In this document: piece after piece, positions 1 to 14,290 of the stretch
Numbering within the stretch: position 1 is the first letter of the stretch
Layout: the number at the start of each line of letters is the position of its first letter
Source of the DNA: the human T2T-CHM13v2.0 reference genome, Homo sapiens
Assembly (NCBI RefSeq): GCF_009914755.1
Contig: NC_060925.1
Length of the DNA: 64,000 nt
Direction: 5' to 3' (one strand)
Notes under the pieces: model-generated
What the model was told of the DNA's origin: nothing
The model's input: only the letters and a program-made list of their open reading frames with translations
The model's database searches: none
Position numbers and translations under genes: made by a program

Positions 1-559
1 AGCAAATCTTTGTCTCAGTCACTGGTTTCCTAGGGACTCCACCAAAGACAGTACAAAATCAATGCATTTGGGGGAGAGTCTGAAAGAGTCTTGATATGGA
101 GAGACAAGCCAGAAAGTTCGTGCAATAATCCAAGAATGACAGGCGTGGTGCTCAGAGGCAGCACCGAGTGCTCAGATAATGTAAACTAATACTGATCAGA
201 TTCCAAGAGGCTAAGCCTAATCAAAAGAGAACAACCAGAGCTAAAACTTTTCCTACCCCAGGCAACTCAAAGTCCCCCGGCAAAACTGTTGCGTGTTTGC
301 CAGCCATCCTGGGCAGCTGGGCTGCACCTGTAAGACAGAGCAGGGTGATCACCCATCCAAAGGCAGCCTCACTACCACCAGAACCAGGAGATGCAGTGAA
401 ATTTGCCTTTCTAAAGTTCACAACTTGCTTCCCTTTGGCTAATGCACATAATAACAGGTACCAGGCACTGACAAAGTCGTATTAGCTGATGAGGAGTGAA
501 TATGACCTTTTTTCCAAATAAAAAATAACAAATGTATTTTTAAAATTTTTGTATTTCAG

Positions 560-960
560 TTCTTTTAAACAAGTGCTTTTTATTTTTTTAACTTTCTAAT
601 TACAAAGGGAAACATGTTCAAGACTTAACATTTGGAAAGTGTAGAAGAGAAAAAGGAGAGGAAAGCCACCCATAACACCACCCAGGTACATTTATGGTTG
701 CATTCAAGTGTATACTCTTCCAAGCTTTTCCCTAAGTGCATACACACGCAAACACCCATTCTTCAAAAAAAAAAAAAAAGTTCATACTATAAATCTGTGT
801 CTTGCTTTTTTCATCTGGCAGCGTAAATTATATATGTTTTCCCATATTGATATTTTTGTGACATGATTCTTATTGGCTGTGCAATAGCCCATCCTACAGA
901 TGTATCACAATTTATTTAAGCAGTCCCCTATAATTGGATAGTTAAGATGTTTCCAATGAA
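560..960 (-). mobile_element. Old L1M (L1ME-like) 3' fragment
   Basis: Contains 'attcttattggctgtgcaatagcccatcctacagatgtatcacaatttatttaagcagtcccctataattggatagttaagatgtttcca', typical of antisense L1M 3' regions. Boundaries approximate. Confidence 0.55.
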
Positions 961-1958
961 AACAGAATAAAGAAAACAATATTGAGGATTCTTACTAAAG
1001 GCAGTGAAAAGATGCATTTTCCCTGCGAGAATGCCTCCTTGGAGCCTTTCACGCTTATCAGAGTTGTTGCTTCATCATCTTCCCCTCCTTTCTTCTGCAC
1101 CAGAAAAGTGTGGGCTCAAAATAGACAAATGTGTGAAAACAAATGCAAAATTTACCTCTCTGGTTGTCTTGCTTTGGGAGAAGCACAGAAGGGCAAAGGA
1201 GGAGTGTTTGTATAATTTGGATTACAAAAGAATGCCCGTAAGCTCTGGACACATTGCCCATGGAAGCCTGAGGGACCAATTGCAAAGAAGGAGGAAGCAG
1301 GAGAATTGGATTTACTCAGTGAGTCTGAGGTCATAGGCAGTGCAGAACCCCTAACTTAGAGCTCTCACCCAATGTGTGTTCACACTAGGCATTTGAAGGC
1401 TTGCTCTTGGACCTAGACAGAGGTTAATTAAACCACAAATGAACAAGAGTTTCTATTTGCACGTGCAACCTGCAATTGGCCACAAACTTTCTTCTGTAGC
1501 AGCTACAACTTCCATGGGGTCACCTCCATTAGAAAAAATCCAAGGGATTTAAGTGGGTGTCTCTGCCAGCAACTTGTTTGCGGAGTATTTTTTGTAAAGG
1601 AGATTATTTTGGTCTTGGTATATTCTGGTGTGAACAACTCTTATGTTTTATCTTCCATCTGCCTTCTAAACAAGAGTGCTGTGTTATACTATTGACTGAC
1701 TAAATTATTTCTTTAGAGTACAAAGGGGTATTTGTGATGAAGAAAACAGAGAGTGCAAATCAATTATTTACTGAGAAGGCTGCAATATAAATTACATTTG
1801 ATTAAACTCAGAGATAAATCTCAGTGATAGAGGGTTTAAGTAGAATGTGCTGGAAGAGACAGTGACTAAGTGTCCCCACCCGACAGTTGTTCCTAATGAA
1901 TGCAAGGGCACAGGCCTCAGCCCTGACTCCCTGGATTTCTAACATGGTCAGCCTAATA

Positions 1959-2770
1959 TTCATTCATTCCACCAACATGTACTGAATGCCCACTACGTGC
2001 CAAGCACTGGCCCAAGTCCCAGGGCACAGTCATGAACCAGAGGGAGGAAGCTCCCGCTCTCCTAGAGCTGCTGATCTGAGAGGGGGAAGGAAGATAATGA
2101 GGAAGTAAATAAATAATGAACAAGATCATTCCAGATAGGGATAAGTGTTATGAAGGGGATAAAATAGTCTGATGAAACAAGGAGTGACTGGGAAAGGGTG
2201 GGGAACAATTAATTTAGACAGGCTGGTCCATGAAGGCATTTCTGTAGAAATGACATTTGAAAGGAGATGTGAACAAGAAAAGGGCAGTCATGCCAGGAGG
2301 GAATGTGTTTGGCCTGTTTATAAAACAGAAAGGAGCTAGTATGATCACAGCAGAGCAAGCAAGGGGAAGGGGGTGAGAGGTGGAAGTCAGGAGGGAGGCA
2401 GGGCTCCCTCGTGTGCTGCTTTGTGAGGCAAGGTAAGGAGGGCAGGTTTGGTTCTGAGTGCAATGGAAAGCCACGCTGGTGGTGGGGGCGGCGGTACCTT
2501 ATGCAGGGGCATGACTCACATTTTGTAAAGATTTTTCTGAATGCTCTGTGGAAAGGGGGAGAAGTAGAAGCAGGGGCTAATAATCCAGATGAGTGACGAG
2601 ACAAGGATGACAGCACTAGATAAGAAATGGGCTGAATCAAAAAATATGCTGGAGGAAGAGCAGAAAGGGATTATTTTTAGATTGTGGAAGAGACAGGAAA
2701 AGGGAAGAACAAGTGTAACTCTGGGTTTTGGCTTGAGCACCTTAGTGGAAGGCAGGGTCACTTCCTAATA
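1959..2770 (-). mobile_element. L2 LINE 3' fragment
   Basis: Begins 'ttcattcattcc..aacatgtactgaatgcccactacgtgccaagcactgg', the reverse complement of the L2 3' end with its (TGAA)n tail. L2-like purine-rich body follows. Confidence 0.75.
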
Positions 2771-2904
2771 CAAAGGCATCAAAAGCCAAAAGAACCTGGT
2801 GCCTTAATATTCCATTGAAGGCCTGTCAAATTCTGGTTGTGTGGAGAGTATGCAGGATTCAGAGCAGAGAGAGCAATTTCCAAATGCCTGCTCTGCCAGT
2901 TTGG

Positions 2905-3090
2905 GTCCAGTCTTGATTAAGTTTCAGTGCCTGGAACTGTAACCTTGGGCAGTCACATTCTCTGGGAACTTCATTTCCTCATTTATCATATGGAAGAGAC
3001 AATATGAGGTTTGAGGTCTCGGAATGAAATGAGGACAAGGGAAAGTGCCTGGCCTGTCTGGTGGATAGACACTCCATAAATATGAGTTCC
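2905..3090 (+). mobile_element. MIR SINE
   Basis: MIR core 'ctgtaaccttgggcagtcac...catttcctcattt' and 3' end 'gtgcctggc'. Confidence 0.6.
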
Positions 3091-4459
3091 TTTCCTTTCA
3101 GTTTAAATTTAGTGCCAAATTTCAGATTGAACTATGTCAATGCTGAAAAACCATGGCTGCTGCTTCTTAGCACAGATATGACCATATAAAAGCACCACAG
3201 AATTTTGGGGATTTGTTTATTTCTCAACTGATTTATTATTTTTAAAATTGCTTCTATCTCACTGACTTCATGAGAGCTGGGACTTGTCTCATTCATCAAG
3301 AGTAGACACCTTTTGAGATACCCTCCAGATCTTGGTGATTGAACCACCAGCTGACCCTCCCATCCAGCAATAGAACCACAGTGACCATGTTTATACAGCA
3401 TGACTTTACCTGGAGATGGTGACACCAATCCAAGCTGTGTTGATTAGGGACAGCCTTTTCCTGGGGAATTGGGTATTCAAGCAGAGAGAGGAGTCAATCT
3501 CACCTAGTGACCAGCATCGTAACATGTAAATGTAGAATTCTGAGTAGTCATCTTTTCCTGCCATTGGCCTGGCTAAGAGGAAGCCAATCTTATGAAAAGG
3601 CAAAGAGAAAGGATGTTCTGAAAGAAGAAGTGACCACAGAGAGAAAGCACTGCTGGGGCTCTTGCTGATTCCAAATTCCTGGGTCATCTTTGCAGAGGCT
3701 CTGCTTACTCATTCCCTTCCTTGGGTTCTGTGAGACACCTCTGGTTCCTTATAATATGCCCTCCTATTACAGTCAGGTCTACTCAGGTTGATTTGTTACT
3801 TGCAACTAGAAAACTTTCACTAATACCAGACATGAGTTTCTGTATATCTGGTGGCAGGGAGACAGTTACTCTGTACTTGCTGAAGGGAAGGGATGGAGAC
3901 AGTCTCACCACAGTTGGCTGCCCCAGGGACCCTTGGTTTACCCTAATTCTCCCTCCTTAGCTTTCCAACTGCAATACAGCCATAAAAAGAGAAAGTTTCG
4001 GTTGGATGATCTTTCCCCTTCTTTCATCCCCAGACCTCAAATTGCCGCATTTTGTAGTTCATTCCCCCACATGGCTTAGCATTTAATTAATTTAATATGT
4101 AACAGCCAATTATCTCCTAAACAACTTTTTTTGTCGCCTTTCTGCAAACAAAAGAAAAAATAGGTTTTTTTTTTAATCAGATAACAAAAGCATGAAAACC
4201 TACACAGCCTTGCTAATTTCAAAAAAGTACCTCCCTTCCAAAGAGCTCAATATGGTCTATAAACATGATCTTAATACTTCTTAAACCATGGCAGCAAATT
4301 GCCTGGAAGAAAAATGTGACAAATTTTGATAATGAGCAGTAATAGGATAAAACAATCAATAGAAAACAGAAATAAGTGTTAAATCCCATTTAGTTTAATT
4401 CAGTCAACATTTTGTGAGCATCTTTTATGTGACTGCCATTGTGCAAGGAGCTGGGGCTG

Positions 4460-4710
4460 CCATTTATTAAACATCTATTGTGTTCCAGATACAGTGATAA
4501 ACATTTTCACATACATTACTTTTCATTTAGCCTGAAGAAAAATTTCAACTGCCCTAAGAGGTAGTATGATCTCAATTTATGCAGAGGAGGAAATAGGCTT
4601 TTTGAGATCAAGAAACTTGCCCAGAGTTCACATAGCCAATAAGGAGATGTGATTCATCCAGAATTCACCCCAGCTATGTGTGTTTCCACATCTGTTTGCT
4701 TTCCACTCTA
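4460..4710 (-). mobile_element. MIR SINE
   Basis: 'gaggaggaaataggct...aacttgcccagagttcacatagc' matches the antisense MIR core. Confidence 0.6.
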
Positions 4711-6279
4711 CCTCTCTTTTCTCCCTGTGGAGATAAGTAAGATAAAATTTCCTCCTTTAAGAAGTCCCCAGTCTACTGGAAGAAACACAGGTTAAGATGA
4801 AATGTAAATAGAGGTGCCACCAATTTGCAAAGGAAGCACCGAGGAAGAGTTAGACATTCTGATGGATGGGTCAGGGCTGGCTGCATGAATCAGGCAGCAT
4901 TTCAGTGGAGGACTAAGGGATGCTAAGGACTCCAGAACAAATCTTTTAAAGGAATCCTAACAAATGGAAATAATCATTATTGCATATTTACTCAGTAAGG
5001 TCCAAGTAGGTGGTAATAAACATCATAATGGAGAAGCAATTATGCTATGTTTATGCCATCAATAGCCCTATGAGGTAGGTATTGTTATTTTTTTAATTTG
5101 GTGGATGAGGAGTTAAAAAAGCTTACAATAGACAGGTAACTTCTTCCATATCATGCAACCTTCATTTGGCTGCCAATTAATTCAAATCCAGCTCTCCTTG
5201 ACTCCAAATAATGTATTTTCCCTACTAGACCATGTCTTGCAAAGAATTGAAAAACAAAAAAGAAGAAGAAAAGAGAGATACAAATTATAGGTGCACTAAA
5301 TTATAAGGCCTTTGTATAACCTCGAGGAATTTACAATCAAGTCAGAGTAGTAACACATAAACCTTTGAAAACTGAAACAAGTAATCAAGGTAGAAAAACA
5401 AGTTCAGAACAATAGAAGTCATGGCCCAGGTCAGCCCAGGAATAACTAGCATATATATTATACTGGGCAGTATCATAGGGGTTTGGAGAAAGAAAAGATG
5501 ACTTTGAACCAGGGTTGTCTGGGAAAGTTTTGAGGGAGAGGTGGTATTGAAGTCAGGTCTCAAATAATACGCACAATTTATCTGAGTGTGAGGAGATGAG
5601 AGGACCATTCCCAACTAGGGTTAAAGGCAAATTCAAGGCCAGAAAAGCTGTTGTAAAAGACCTTACATCTAACTCTGCACAGTAGTGACTATGCCACATT
5701 ATTGGGCACCCATCATAAGTCAGGAATAGTGCCCATGAGCAGAAAAGAAACTCAAAGAGAGGCATCAGTTGTCCAAGTCAGACAGCCAGGAAGAAGGGGA
5801 GCTGCTTTCAAATGTGCCTGTCTGACTCCAAAGTTCATAGTCTCTCCACCATGCTCCACCACCTGTGCAGTTCAGGCTCAGATTTTGGAGAAATTTGAGT
5901 GCCAGCTCAGATTTCTCCATTCATATTAAGTATGTCTTTGTTCAGGAACATTACATTATTACATAGTCATAACTGCATTACAGAGAAATTCACTCTGGTT
6001 GAAGTGAGGGAAATTGAGGCTGGGAATATAAGTCTCTCACCCACTCTTTTAGGAAAAGTTATCAATAAGAAGTGAAAAATATCAAAGCAACTTGATAGTC
6101 TACAAATTAAATAATTTGGTTCCATAATCATTACAAACGAGACAGCCACAGCAAGACCACTATGGAGGGTTGATGACATGGGATATGCTCTCAGGAAGGT
6201 AAAGTCATCAAGGAATTATTTACTCCAATAGTTCTTTCTTCCATCTCACTCTTTAGTCTCTGCATGCAACTGGACACTT

Positions 6280-6850
6280 TACTGCCCCCTCCTTCTTAGA
6301 AGAGTCACCCCTTGTATGCTTCTACGACTATCTTGGTTCTCCCTCTTTCTTGACTCATCCTTTGCACACTGTTTCTTCTAGATCCTTAATGGAGCATTCT
6401 CTTGTGGTGTGTCCAGGGTCTTTCCTCACTTGACAATCTCACACTCTCTCAGATGCTGTCCAAGTCCACATATTTACCTCCAGCTCCTTTCCTGAGCTCT
6501 ACATCCACCGTTTAATCTGCCTTCTAATGCTCACATCTGAATGTTTTACAACGGCCAGATTTAATCTGTCCAGAACTGAGATTACCAATTTCTCCTTTAC
6601 CCAAACCAGTTTTTCCCACTCAAGGCTCAGTTCCACTGCCACCTCCCCTGTGTAGCCTTACCCTGCCAAGTTAAAGTGTAGTCACCGTAATCTAATAACT
6701 CATTTGTGGCAACATTAGCCACAGCACTCAGCATATTGTGCAGTGACTTGCAGGTCTGGTATACCTGTTGTAATTCTTAGCATTGTTAAATCTCCAGTGT
6801 CCAGCAAAATATCCAGCATAATGTAGGTAACATTTGTCCAGTGAATGAAG
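6280..6850 (+). mobile_element. L2 LINE fragments
   Basis: Pyrimidine-rich L2-like body ending 'tctccagtgtccagcaaaatatccagcataatgtagg...agtgaatgaa'. Confidence 0.55.
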
Positions 6851-7687
6851 GTCACAGGCAGTCTACACTTTGTCCAGGCTAGAAACACTGGAGAGACTTT
6901 TGATTTCTTCTTTTCCTTAAAATCCCCCTAGCAGAGATTGTAAAAGTTGCAGATAATATTTCTAAAATGTCGTAACAGTCACCACACTCATATCTCCCCT
7001 AGATAATTATATGGTCTACTGGTCTACCTGTTTACAATTCCATCTTCCTCCAATCCATCTGATTGAAAATGACAAGATTACTCTTCAGAGAGTGTATTCT
7101 TACGTCATTCCATTATTCAAAATGAAATGTCAGTGGTTTCTCACTTCCCTTCAAACCCAATAAAATGAAAACTTCTGATCAATTTTTAAAAATATTTCAT
7201 CACATAGTTATTGTACATCTACTAGTAAGCAACAGAGAGATGGAGGTGAACCCAATAGATAAATTCCCTGCTCTTGTGGAGATCACAGTCTTTCCCATTG
7301 GAATGACACCTCATTTCTTTATCCTTACTCCCATTTTCCCCTGCAAATGCTTTTTGCTTCAGCCAAATGAAGCCCAAGTCCCAGAGTACATCCCATATGT
7401 CTTCACATCTGTGAATTTTTCTGTACCATTTCCTCTGTCAAGAACAAGAGCTCCCCTTATCCTGTCTGCCAGGTCACCTCTGTACCTGTCACCTTCCCTT
7501 TCCCTGGTCTTGAGATTTTTTGGTTGTCTCGCCTCCCAGTTCACCCTTAAGTAATAAATGTAGTTCCTCCCCAAATGCGATTTTTCCCTTGATCTCCCTT
7601 TCACAATCTATCAATTCTCAGGCTTTACCAAATGCCCCTTTCTCTTTAGTTCATATTGAACAGTTTCTTAAGAAATAGAGAGAAATC

Positions 7688-7992
7688 AGCTGGGTGCAGT
7701 GATTCACACCTGTAATCTCAGCACTTTGGGAAGCCAAGGCAAGAGGATCATTTGAGGGCAGGAGTTTGAGACCAGCCTGGGCAAAATAGCGCAACTCTCT
7801 CTCTACAAAAAATTTAAAAAATTAGCAAGGCATGGTGGCATGTGCCATAGTCCCAGCTACTTAGGAGGCTGAGGCAGGAGGATCACTTAGGTACAGAAGT
7901 TTGAGGCTGCAGTGAGCTATAATCATGCCACTGCACTCCAGCCTGGGCAACAGAGTGGGACCCTGCCTCAAATAAATAAATAAGTAAATAAA
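7688..7992 (+). mobile_element. Alu (AluJ-like)
   Basis: Full dimer with J-type 'ggaggatcactt', 'gaggctgcagtgagctataatc' and 'accctg' motifs; (TAAA)n tail. Confidence 0.9.
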
Positions 7993-8189
7993 CATTTAAA
8001 AATAATAGAATAAAGACAAATAATTAAACTGAAATAGAAACACAAATGTTACACCATAGAAATTGACATACAAAACAACTTTTTCTAAACACAACTAAAA
8101 TCTTGTCACCGACTGAGTTGTCTGACAACCTTAACAGGTAGATGTATCCCTTAGGAAGTTATAGAGAAACCCACTCTTCAACAATCTCT

Positions 8190-8420
8190 TATTATTATCT
8201 TTACTCATATTTACAGAACACTTGCAAGGGCCAGGATTTGTGCTAAATATTTTGCAAGCATCACCTCATTTATTTCTCTCAGTGATCCCATAATGTAGTC
8301 ACTGTTATTATCTCTACTTTAAAGATGAGGAAACCAAGGCTTGAAGAGGTAAAGAGACTTGACCAAGGTTACATAGCCAACGGGAATTTATCTGACCCCA
8401 AGAAATGTCCTTTTTAACCA
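8190..8420 (-). mobile_element. MIR SINE
   Basis: 'agatgaggaaaccaaggcttgaagaggtaaagagacttgaccaaggttacatagc' matches the antisense MIR core. Confidence 0.7.
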
Positions 8421-8435
8421 TTAACAAGATACTGT

Positions 8436-9258
8436 TGACAAAGATTCTTTGCTTAGCCATGCTTTCATCAGGCCTCTGAAACTTCTCTTAGACCCTTCTG
8501 TGTACTTCCTCATAACATCCAATTGTAGCAAAAGAACCCTGCAAAAGTCAGTTTAGCCAGAACCCCCAATCCTCAATATCTGATCATCCTCAATAACTAA
8601 TCAGGCTCCTTATCCTCCACCATCCCCAGGTGGTATCTGGCTTCCCTGGCCTGTCTTCAGCAAGAATCCTTTTAGGTGGTTAAGTCAGAGTCTCCTTTTC
8701 CCCTGATGTTTCCTCTTAGTAATTTTCTATTAACTGACTCCTACCCTGCTCCTCAGCCATAAATTCCTTCTTGCCCATGCTATATTTAAAGGCGAGCCCA
8801 ATCTCTCTCCCCAACTGCAAGACGCCACTGCAGTTGTCCTTATATCTGTGATGATTCTGAGTAAAGTCTGCCTTACCATCTTACCATGCCTTTTTCTTTT
8901 TCTTTCTTTCTTTCTTTTTTTTTTTTTTAAGACAGAGTCTCACTCTGTCACCCAGCCTGGAGTGCAGTGGTGTGAACTCGGCTCCCTGCAACCTCCGCAT
9001 CCCAGGTTCAAGCGATTCTCCTGCTTCAGCCTCCTGAGTAGCTGGGCTTACAGGTGCATGCCACCACACCTGGCTAATTTTTTCACATTTTTGGTAGAGA
9101 CAAGGTTTCACCATGTTTGCCAGGCTGATCTCGAACTCTTGACCCCAAGTGATCCAACTGCCTCGGCCTTCCAAAGTGCTGGGATTACAGGTGTGAGCCA
9201 CCATGCCCAGCCCTTACCATGCTTTACAAGTATCATTAAATAATTTTTTCCTTTAACA
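8436..9258 (+). mobile_element. ERV1 solo LTR (MER31-like), interrupted by an Alu
   Basis: TG...CA ends ('tgacaaagattct'...'ttcctttaaca'), near 4-bp TSD (ctgt/ctgc), degenerate polyA signal 'agtaaa' near the 3' end; resembles the MER31 consensus. Confidence 0.7.
8892..9212 (-). mobile_element. Alu (AluS-like)
   Basis: Antisense full-length Alu with poly-T tail; TSD 'cttaccatgc' at 8880 and 9213. Confidence 0.95.
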
Positions 9259-10767
9259 CTGCCTGCTTGCAATATGTGATTAATGAACATTACATACTTT
9301 GCAAAGTGTTTGGCACATAATAAGTGTTTAATAAATGTGACACATAAGAGATGGAGGGAGAGAAAAGAGGGTGACAGGTAGGCACACAAGGGCAAGGCAT
9401 ATTCACAAACACATTGCAAATAATCCTGGTAGCAGACCTGTCAGGTACTTACTATTAACCTGCTTTATAAATAAAGAAACTGAGATTCAGGGAGGTGCAG
9501 GGGCTTTGAGAAGGTTTCCCAGCTAGAAGCTTGGCAGGTGCAGGATTGGAATGCAGGTCTCTGAGTCCAACGTCCGTGCTCTCTGATATGGCTCCATTGT
9601 CCCTTTTCTCTCTCAACCCTATGCACACCTTATGTTCTTTTTATTCCTGAAATGTCTAGGAAAACAAAAGGGATCATTCTCTTCCCTGAAAGGCTGATAC
9701 AGATGTGAGTTTTGGAGGGGTCAGGGGTTGGCTACTCTTGCTCGCGGTATCTGCGTGGAGATCACCCACAGGTGTGAGGCTTTTGATACTTCAAAAATCC
9801 AATCTCTGCTGGAATTTTGCAACCTGCAGGTGGCTTGCTCTGCAGGGTCCTGGCTCCCTCACTGCTGCCTAGAACACTTGAAGGAGTGGAGATCCCAGGT
9901 CCTTAGATCAAGGCAAAGAGTTCGATACGGCTTGGTAGAAAAGAGAAAGCTGTATTTTGTGCCGTGGCTGGAAGAATCTCCCCAGAGTCAATGGATGCAG
10001 TGCTGCCAGTTCCCAGAGTTGGAATTTCTTTACAATAAAGCTGCTGACAGTAGCAATACTGGTGCTATTGTCTAGCCAGGTGGAGGTTTTTCCATGTAAC
10101 ATCAACAGAAAGCAAAGCTGTATCAAATAGGGCCAAATTCAAGAAGATGCCAGTGAAGCACTAGGGCACAGCCTTGATCACAAACCCCAAAGGAATACTA
10201 CTTTAAATTTTAAAACTGCTCAATTAATATGAATAAGTGAGGTGGTTTGTGTTTGCTTAGTACAATGCAAATCACTGAGGATGTTTGCAGGAAACCTGTT
10301 CTCCTTGATAACTCCTGCTGTCTCTGCAACACCTGCAAAGATCTTTCCCTGCTAGAGGAGAAACAAGTGGCCTAGAAGAAAAGAGTTCCTCTTTTCCCAA
10401 CTATCTGGGACACTTTAAATAATGTTTCAAAATGACAAGAATGGCGACATGTTTATATCTGCTGTTCCTTTTTGGGTTGGCCTCATGAGGCAGTTCTTAC
10501 TGTCAAATCTTCCACAGCAGGATGTGTGCACAGAAAATTACTGCAGGCACTACCCAGAGGATTAAAAAAATACATATTACATATCATAGGAAAACAGGAC
10601 AGCTCTTCTATGTTCTCCGTAGAGGGTCAGAAATAGGATGTGTTATACACCTAGGTTTATGTCTGCACAGTTTATGTCCTGCAGCATGCTGATTTGAATA
10701 TATTTAAAGGAAACAAGAAGGAGTTATGTGGTGGAAGAAAGGTAAAGAAATAAAATTAAGTGACAGG

Positions 10768-11237
10768 TGTATATTAGTTTGCTAGGGCTGCAGTAATAAG
10801 GAACCATGAATTGAGTGGCTTAAAACATCAGAAATGTATTGTCTCATGGTTCTGGAGGCTAGAAGTTCAAGATCAAGTTGCCGGCAGGGTTGGGCCCTTC
10901 TAAAGACTGGGAGCGACACTGTTTCATGCCTCTCCCCTAGCTTCTGATGGGTAGCTGGCAACCTTGGCATCTTCTGGCTTGTAGACACATTATCCTGATC
11001 TCTGCTATTATCTTCACATGAAGTTCTCATGATGTTCTCCCTGTGTGTCTATCTGTGTGTCCAAATTTCACCTATTTATGAGGACACCAGTCATAGTGAA
11101 GTCACTATGACCTCGTCTTAACTCATTAAATTTGCAATGTTCTATTTCCAAATAAGGTCACATTCTGAGGTACAGGGAGTTAGGACTTCAACATATGAAT
11201 GAGGACTGGGGGGTAGCACAATGCAACCCATGCCACA
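10768..11237 (-). mobile_element. MaLR solo LTR (MLT1B/C-like)
   Basis: 'tgtatattagtttgctagggctgc...tggttctggaggctagaagttcaagatcaag...ccaaataaggtcacattctgaggtac...acccatgccaca'. Confidence 0.8.
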
Positions 11238-11363
11238 GGTGCTTTATCCATGTTAGCTCATTTAATCTACAAAACAATTCCATAAGAAAGAAGACCATGT
11301 TTCTCTTCTTAGTGATAAAGAAGTGGAAGCTCAGTAAGGTGAAATGATTTGGCCAAATGGCAT

Positions 11364-11790
11364 TGTCTTAGTCTATTTGCATTGCTATGAAGAAATGTCT
11401 GAGGCTGGGTAATTTATAAGGAAAAGAGGTTTATTTGGCTCATGGTTCTGCAGGCTGTAGATAGACTGAAGCATAGACAGCATCTGTTTTCTGGTGAGAG
11501 CCTTGAGCTTCTTCTACACATGGTGTAAGGTGAGGGAGGGCCAGCGTGTTCAGAGATCACATGATGAGAAAGAAAGGAAGCGATCAGGATTGGGAGGTGC
11601 CAGGCTCTTTTTAACAACCAGCTCTCTTGGGAACTAATGGAATGAGAACTCATTACCACAAGGACAGTATGAAGCCATTCTCAAGGAATCTGCCCCATGA
11701 CCCAAACATCTCCCATTAGGCCCCACCTCCAACACTGGGGATCAACTTTCAACAGGAGATTTGGAGGGGTCAAACATCCAAGTTATAGCA
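11364..11790 (-). mobile_element. MaLR solo LTR (MSTA/B-like) inserted in a MIR
   Basis: 'tgtcttagtctatttgcattgctat...caaacatccaagttatagca'; 5-bp TSD ggcat/tgcat; MIR halves on both sides (~11240-11363 and ~11796-11870). Confidence 0.85.
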
Positions 11791-12168
11791 TGCATAGACA
11801 GCAAGGATGGAGCTAACATTTCAGCCTGTATTTAATCACCCAGTCCATGCCCTTTCCACTACATACTGCTAACCTGAACTATCAAGGCCATAGTAAAATG
11901 CTTGGGTGCCTAGTCTACCTGTTGCCACTGACAACAATTATGAAGTATTAGTCCTTCATAATATAAAGGTTCTTCTGAAGCTCCAAGCATCAGTAAAGCA
12001 GGACTGTATGTCACAGGTATAGTGATCAGAGGTGCCACACCCTGGGTACCAGCTACTTACCCCCAAAGCAGTGTGAATACCAAGTAAGGATGGTATTAAA
12101 GCCAGCAACAGCTTCCAGTTCAAGAGATTCTAAATGCCAGAGAAAGAAGCAGATGAGGGAGAAAAATG

Positions 12169-12510
12169 GAGGTTGAGCATCCCTAATCCAAAATGTTCCA
12201 AAATCTGAAACTCTTTGCACACCAACATGACATCACAAGTGGAAAATTCCACATCTGAACTCATGTGATGGGTCGTAGTCAAAACATAGTCAAAACTTGG
12301 TTTCATGCACAAAATTATTAAAAATATGGTATAATATTATCCTCAGGCTATGTGTGTAAGTTATTATATGAAACATAAATTTCATGTTTAGACTTGGGTG
12401 CCAGTCACAAAATATCTCCTATGTATACGCAAATATTCCAAAATCCAAAAACATCTGAAACCCGAAACACTGCTAGTCCCAAGTATTTTAGATAAGGGAT
12501 ACTCAACCTT
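12169..12510. mobile_element. TcMar-Tigger MITE (Tigger4/MER46-like)
   Basis: Terminal inverted repeats 'aggttgagcatccct' ... 'agggatactcaacct'; internal 'tccaaaatctgaaa' repeats. Confidence 0.8.
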
Positions 12511-13729
12511 TACATTCTACAGCTAGCACTAGAGAGCTTTCTTAAATTAAGGCAAGCTTAATCGGGAAACAAAAATGGTCTTTCTCTCAAACATTTCATA
12601 TAAGACATTTTCTTTTGTTACTTGGCATAGGGCCCAAATAGCATTTCACCTTTTAGATATGGTTTAGATAAAGAGGATTTGATTCTTATTAACAGAGTTC
12701 CCAGCAATTAGAGAGTACATTTTTTTTTTCACCAAGAAGGAAAAATTACAATAATTTCATTCCTTGCAGGGGGCTATGGAGTTCTTAATTGTTTGATTTG
12801 TAAGTCTGAAATTTCATGGGATTTCCCAATTAAATATCTAATTTATCTTTTATATTAAAAATGAACAAGGTATGATCACTGCCCTTATGAAGTCCCTGGA
12901 TTGGAATTATGCTTGGTTACTTCTGCAAGCATCCTCTTGCCTGGCAGGAAACAGCTACATGAAATTTGATAAACTGATCTTAGCTAGAAGCAGGATAGAA
13001 GGAAACAAAAGGAAGGAAATTCCTAGAGTGGGAGCTGGAGAAAACTGGTCTGATTTAGAACTTCTTGCCCCACAATTCCTATCAGTATTCCATCACTGGC
13101 CTTCCAGACTTGCTATCTGTATTGGTATTTCATGACTTACCCCACCCTCTCTACAACCATTCCATAATATCTGCTCTGGGCATTCCAATACCAGATACAG
13201 ACCTGGCCCAGGATTGTCCTGCTGTCCCCTAGAAGTTATGCCAATCCTTGACTGCAATAAATTTAAATGCATTTTCAGAAGGACTACCAGGTGCTAAGCA
13301 ATATAGAAAAGAGAACAAAATGATTATAATATGCCCTTTATTCCCAGCAGGCTCATAATCTAGTAGAAAAACTAGAGATTTAAACCAATCATAACAATCC
13401 AACAATAATGTATTGATTGGATTGACAGGGTGAAACAAGAAGAACAGATTAAGTTATAATTTTCTGAGATCCTGCTTTGTACTCATCACTTTTTAAAATA
13501 CCAGTCACTTTATTTATATGCTTTACTTTACTGCCTTGAGTCCTCTGAACAGCTCTGTAGGTGAAGTACAGGAGAAGGTCTGTTAGGCTCACCACTGCTT
13601 TGGATTGACCCCCACTCTTCTTTCTCACTATCTGATGCTGGCTCTACTCCGAACAGGAATGCCAGGAAGGCTACTTGATTTCTGTTTCAATCAAAAACCT
13701 ATGTTAGACGCTTACTAAGAATCTCATAC

Positions 13730-14290
13730 ACTTCTGTTCCCAAATTTGTTTATGATAATTGTACTAGTTGGGATAGTATATAATTAGTTAGGTATGTTGT
13801 AAGTCAGGGAAACATGAGTACAGAAATAAAGGAAGTTATTTCTATGAAAAATGAAGTTCAAGTTCAATATTTAAAAATAATTTTAAAAGGGTAACTTGTT
13901 AAAACAAAATGCTACTCTCCATGACTCCCCCAACAGAGCACACGGACTCAGAAGGACGTGACATTTTGGTTACTTTCCAAGTGCTTTAAGATCCTTACTC
14001 CACTTTAAAGAAATCAAAACTGGAAATCAAAGAATATATGTTTTATGCTTATACACTTCATTACCAAGAGGCAGCACTCCAATTAGCAAACTGTATTCCA
14101 ATGTCAAGAAAAGTCCTTATGCTAACTTGTGATAAAAAGATCTATAACTGGATGTACATTTATATTTCCAGTTGAAATAAAATTTAAAGAAAGGCAGGGT
14201 TTTTTTTTATTATTTCAGACTTTAAATTTTTTTTTTTTTTTTGAGTACCTGACAAACTACAGGTTCCAATCTTCTCTGATAAGTGCTATT
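13730..14290. mobile_element. Possible old Tigger-family DNA transposon remnant
   Basis: AT-rich stretch with 'actccactttaaagaaatcaaaactggaaatc', reminiscent of degenerate Tigger internal sequence. No clean TIRs seen. Confidence 0.3.

Noticed and set aside
8848-9243. ORFs with '[12 protein letters not shown]' or '[13 protein letters not shown]'-type peptides (also at ~20.8, 32.1, 35.9, 42.8, 45.9, 46.4, 51.3 and 53.6 kb)
   Set aside because: These are standard translations of Alu sequence.
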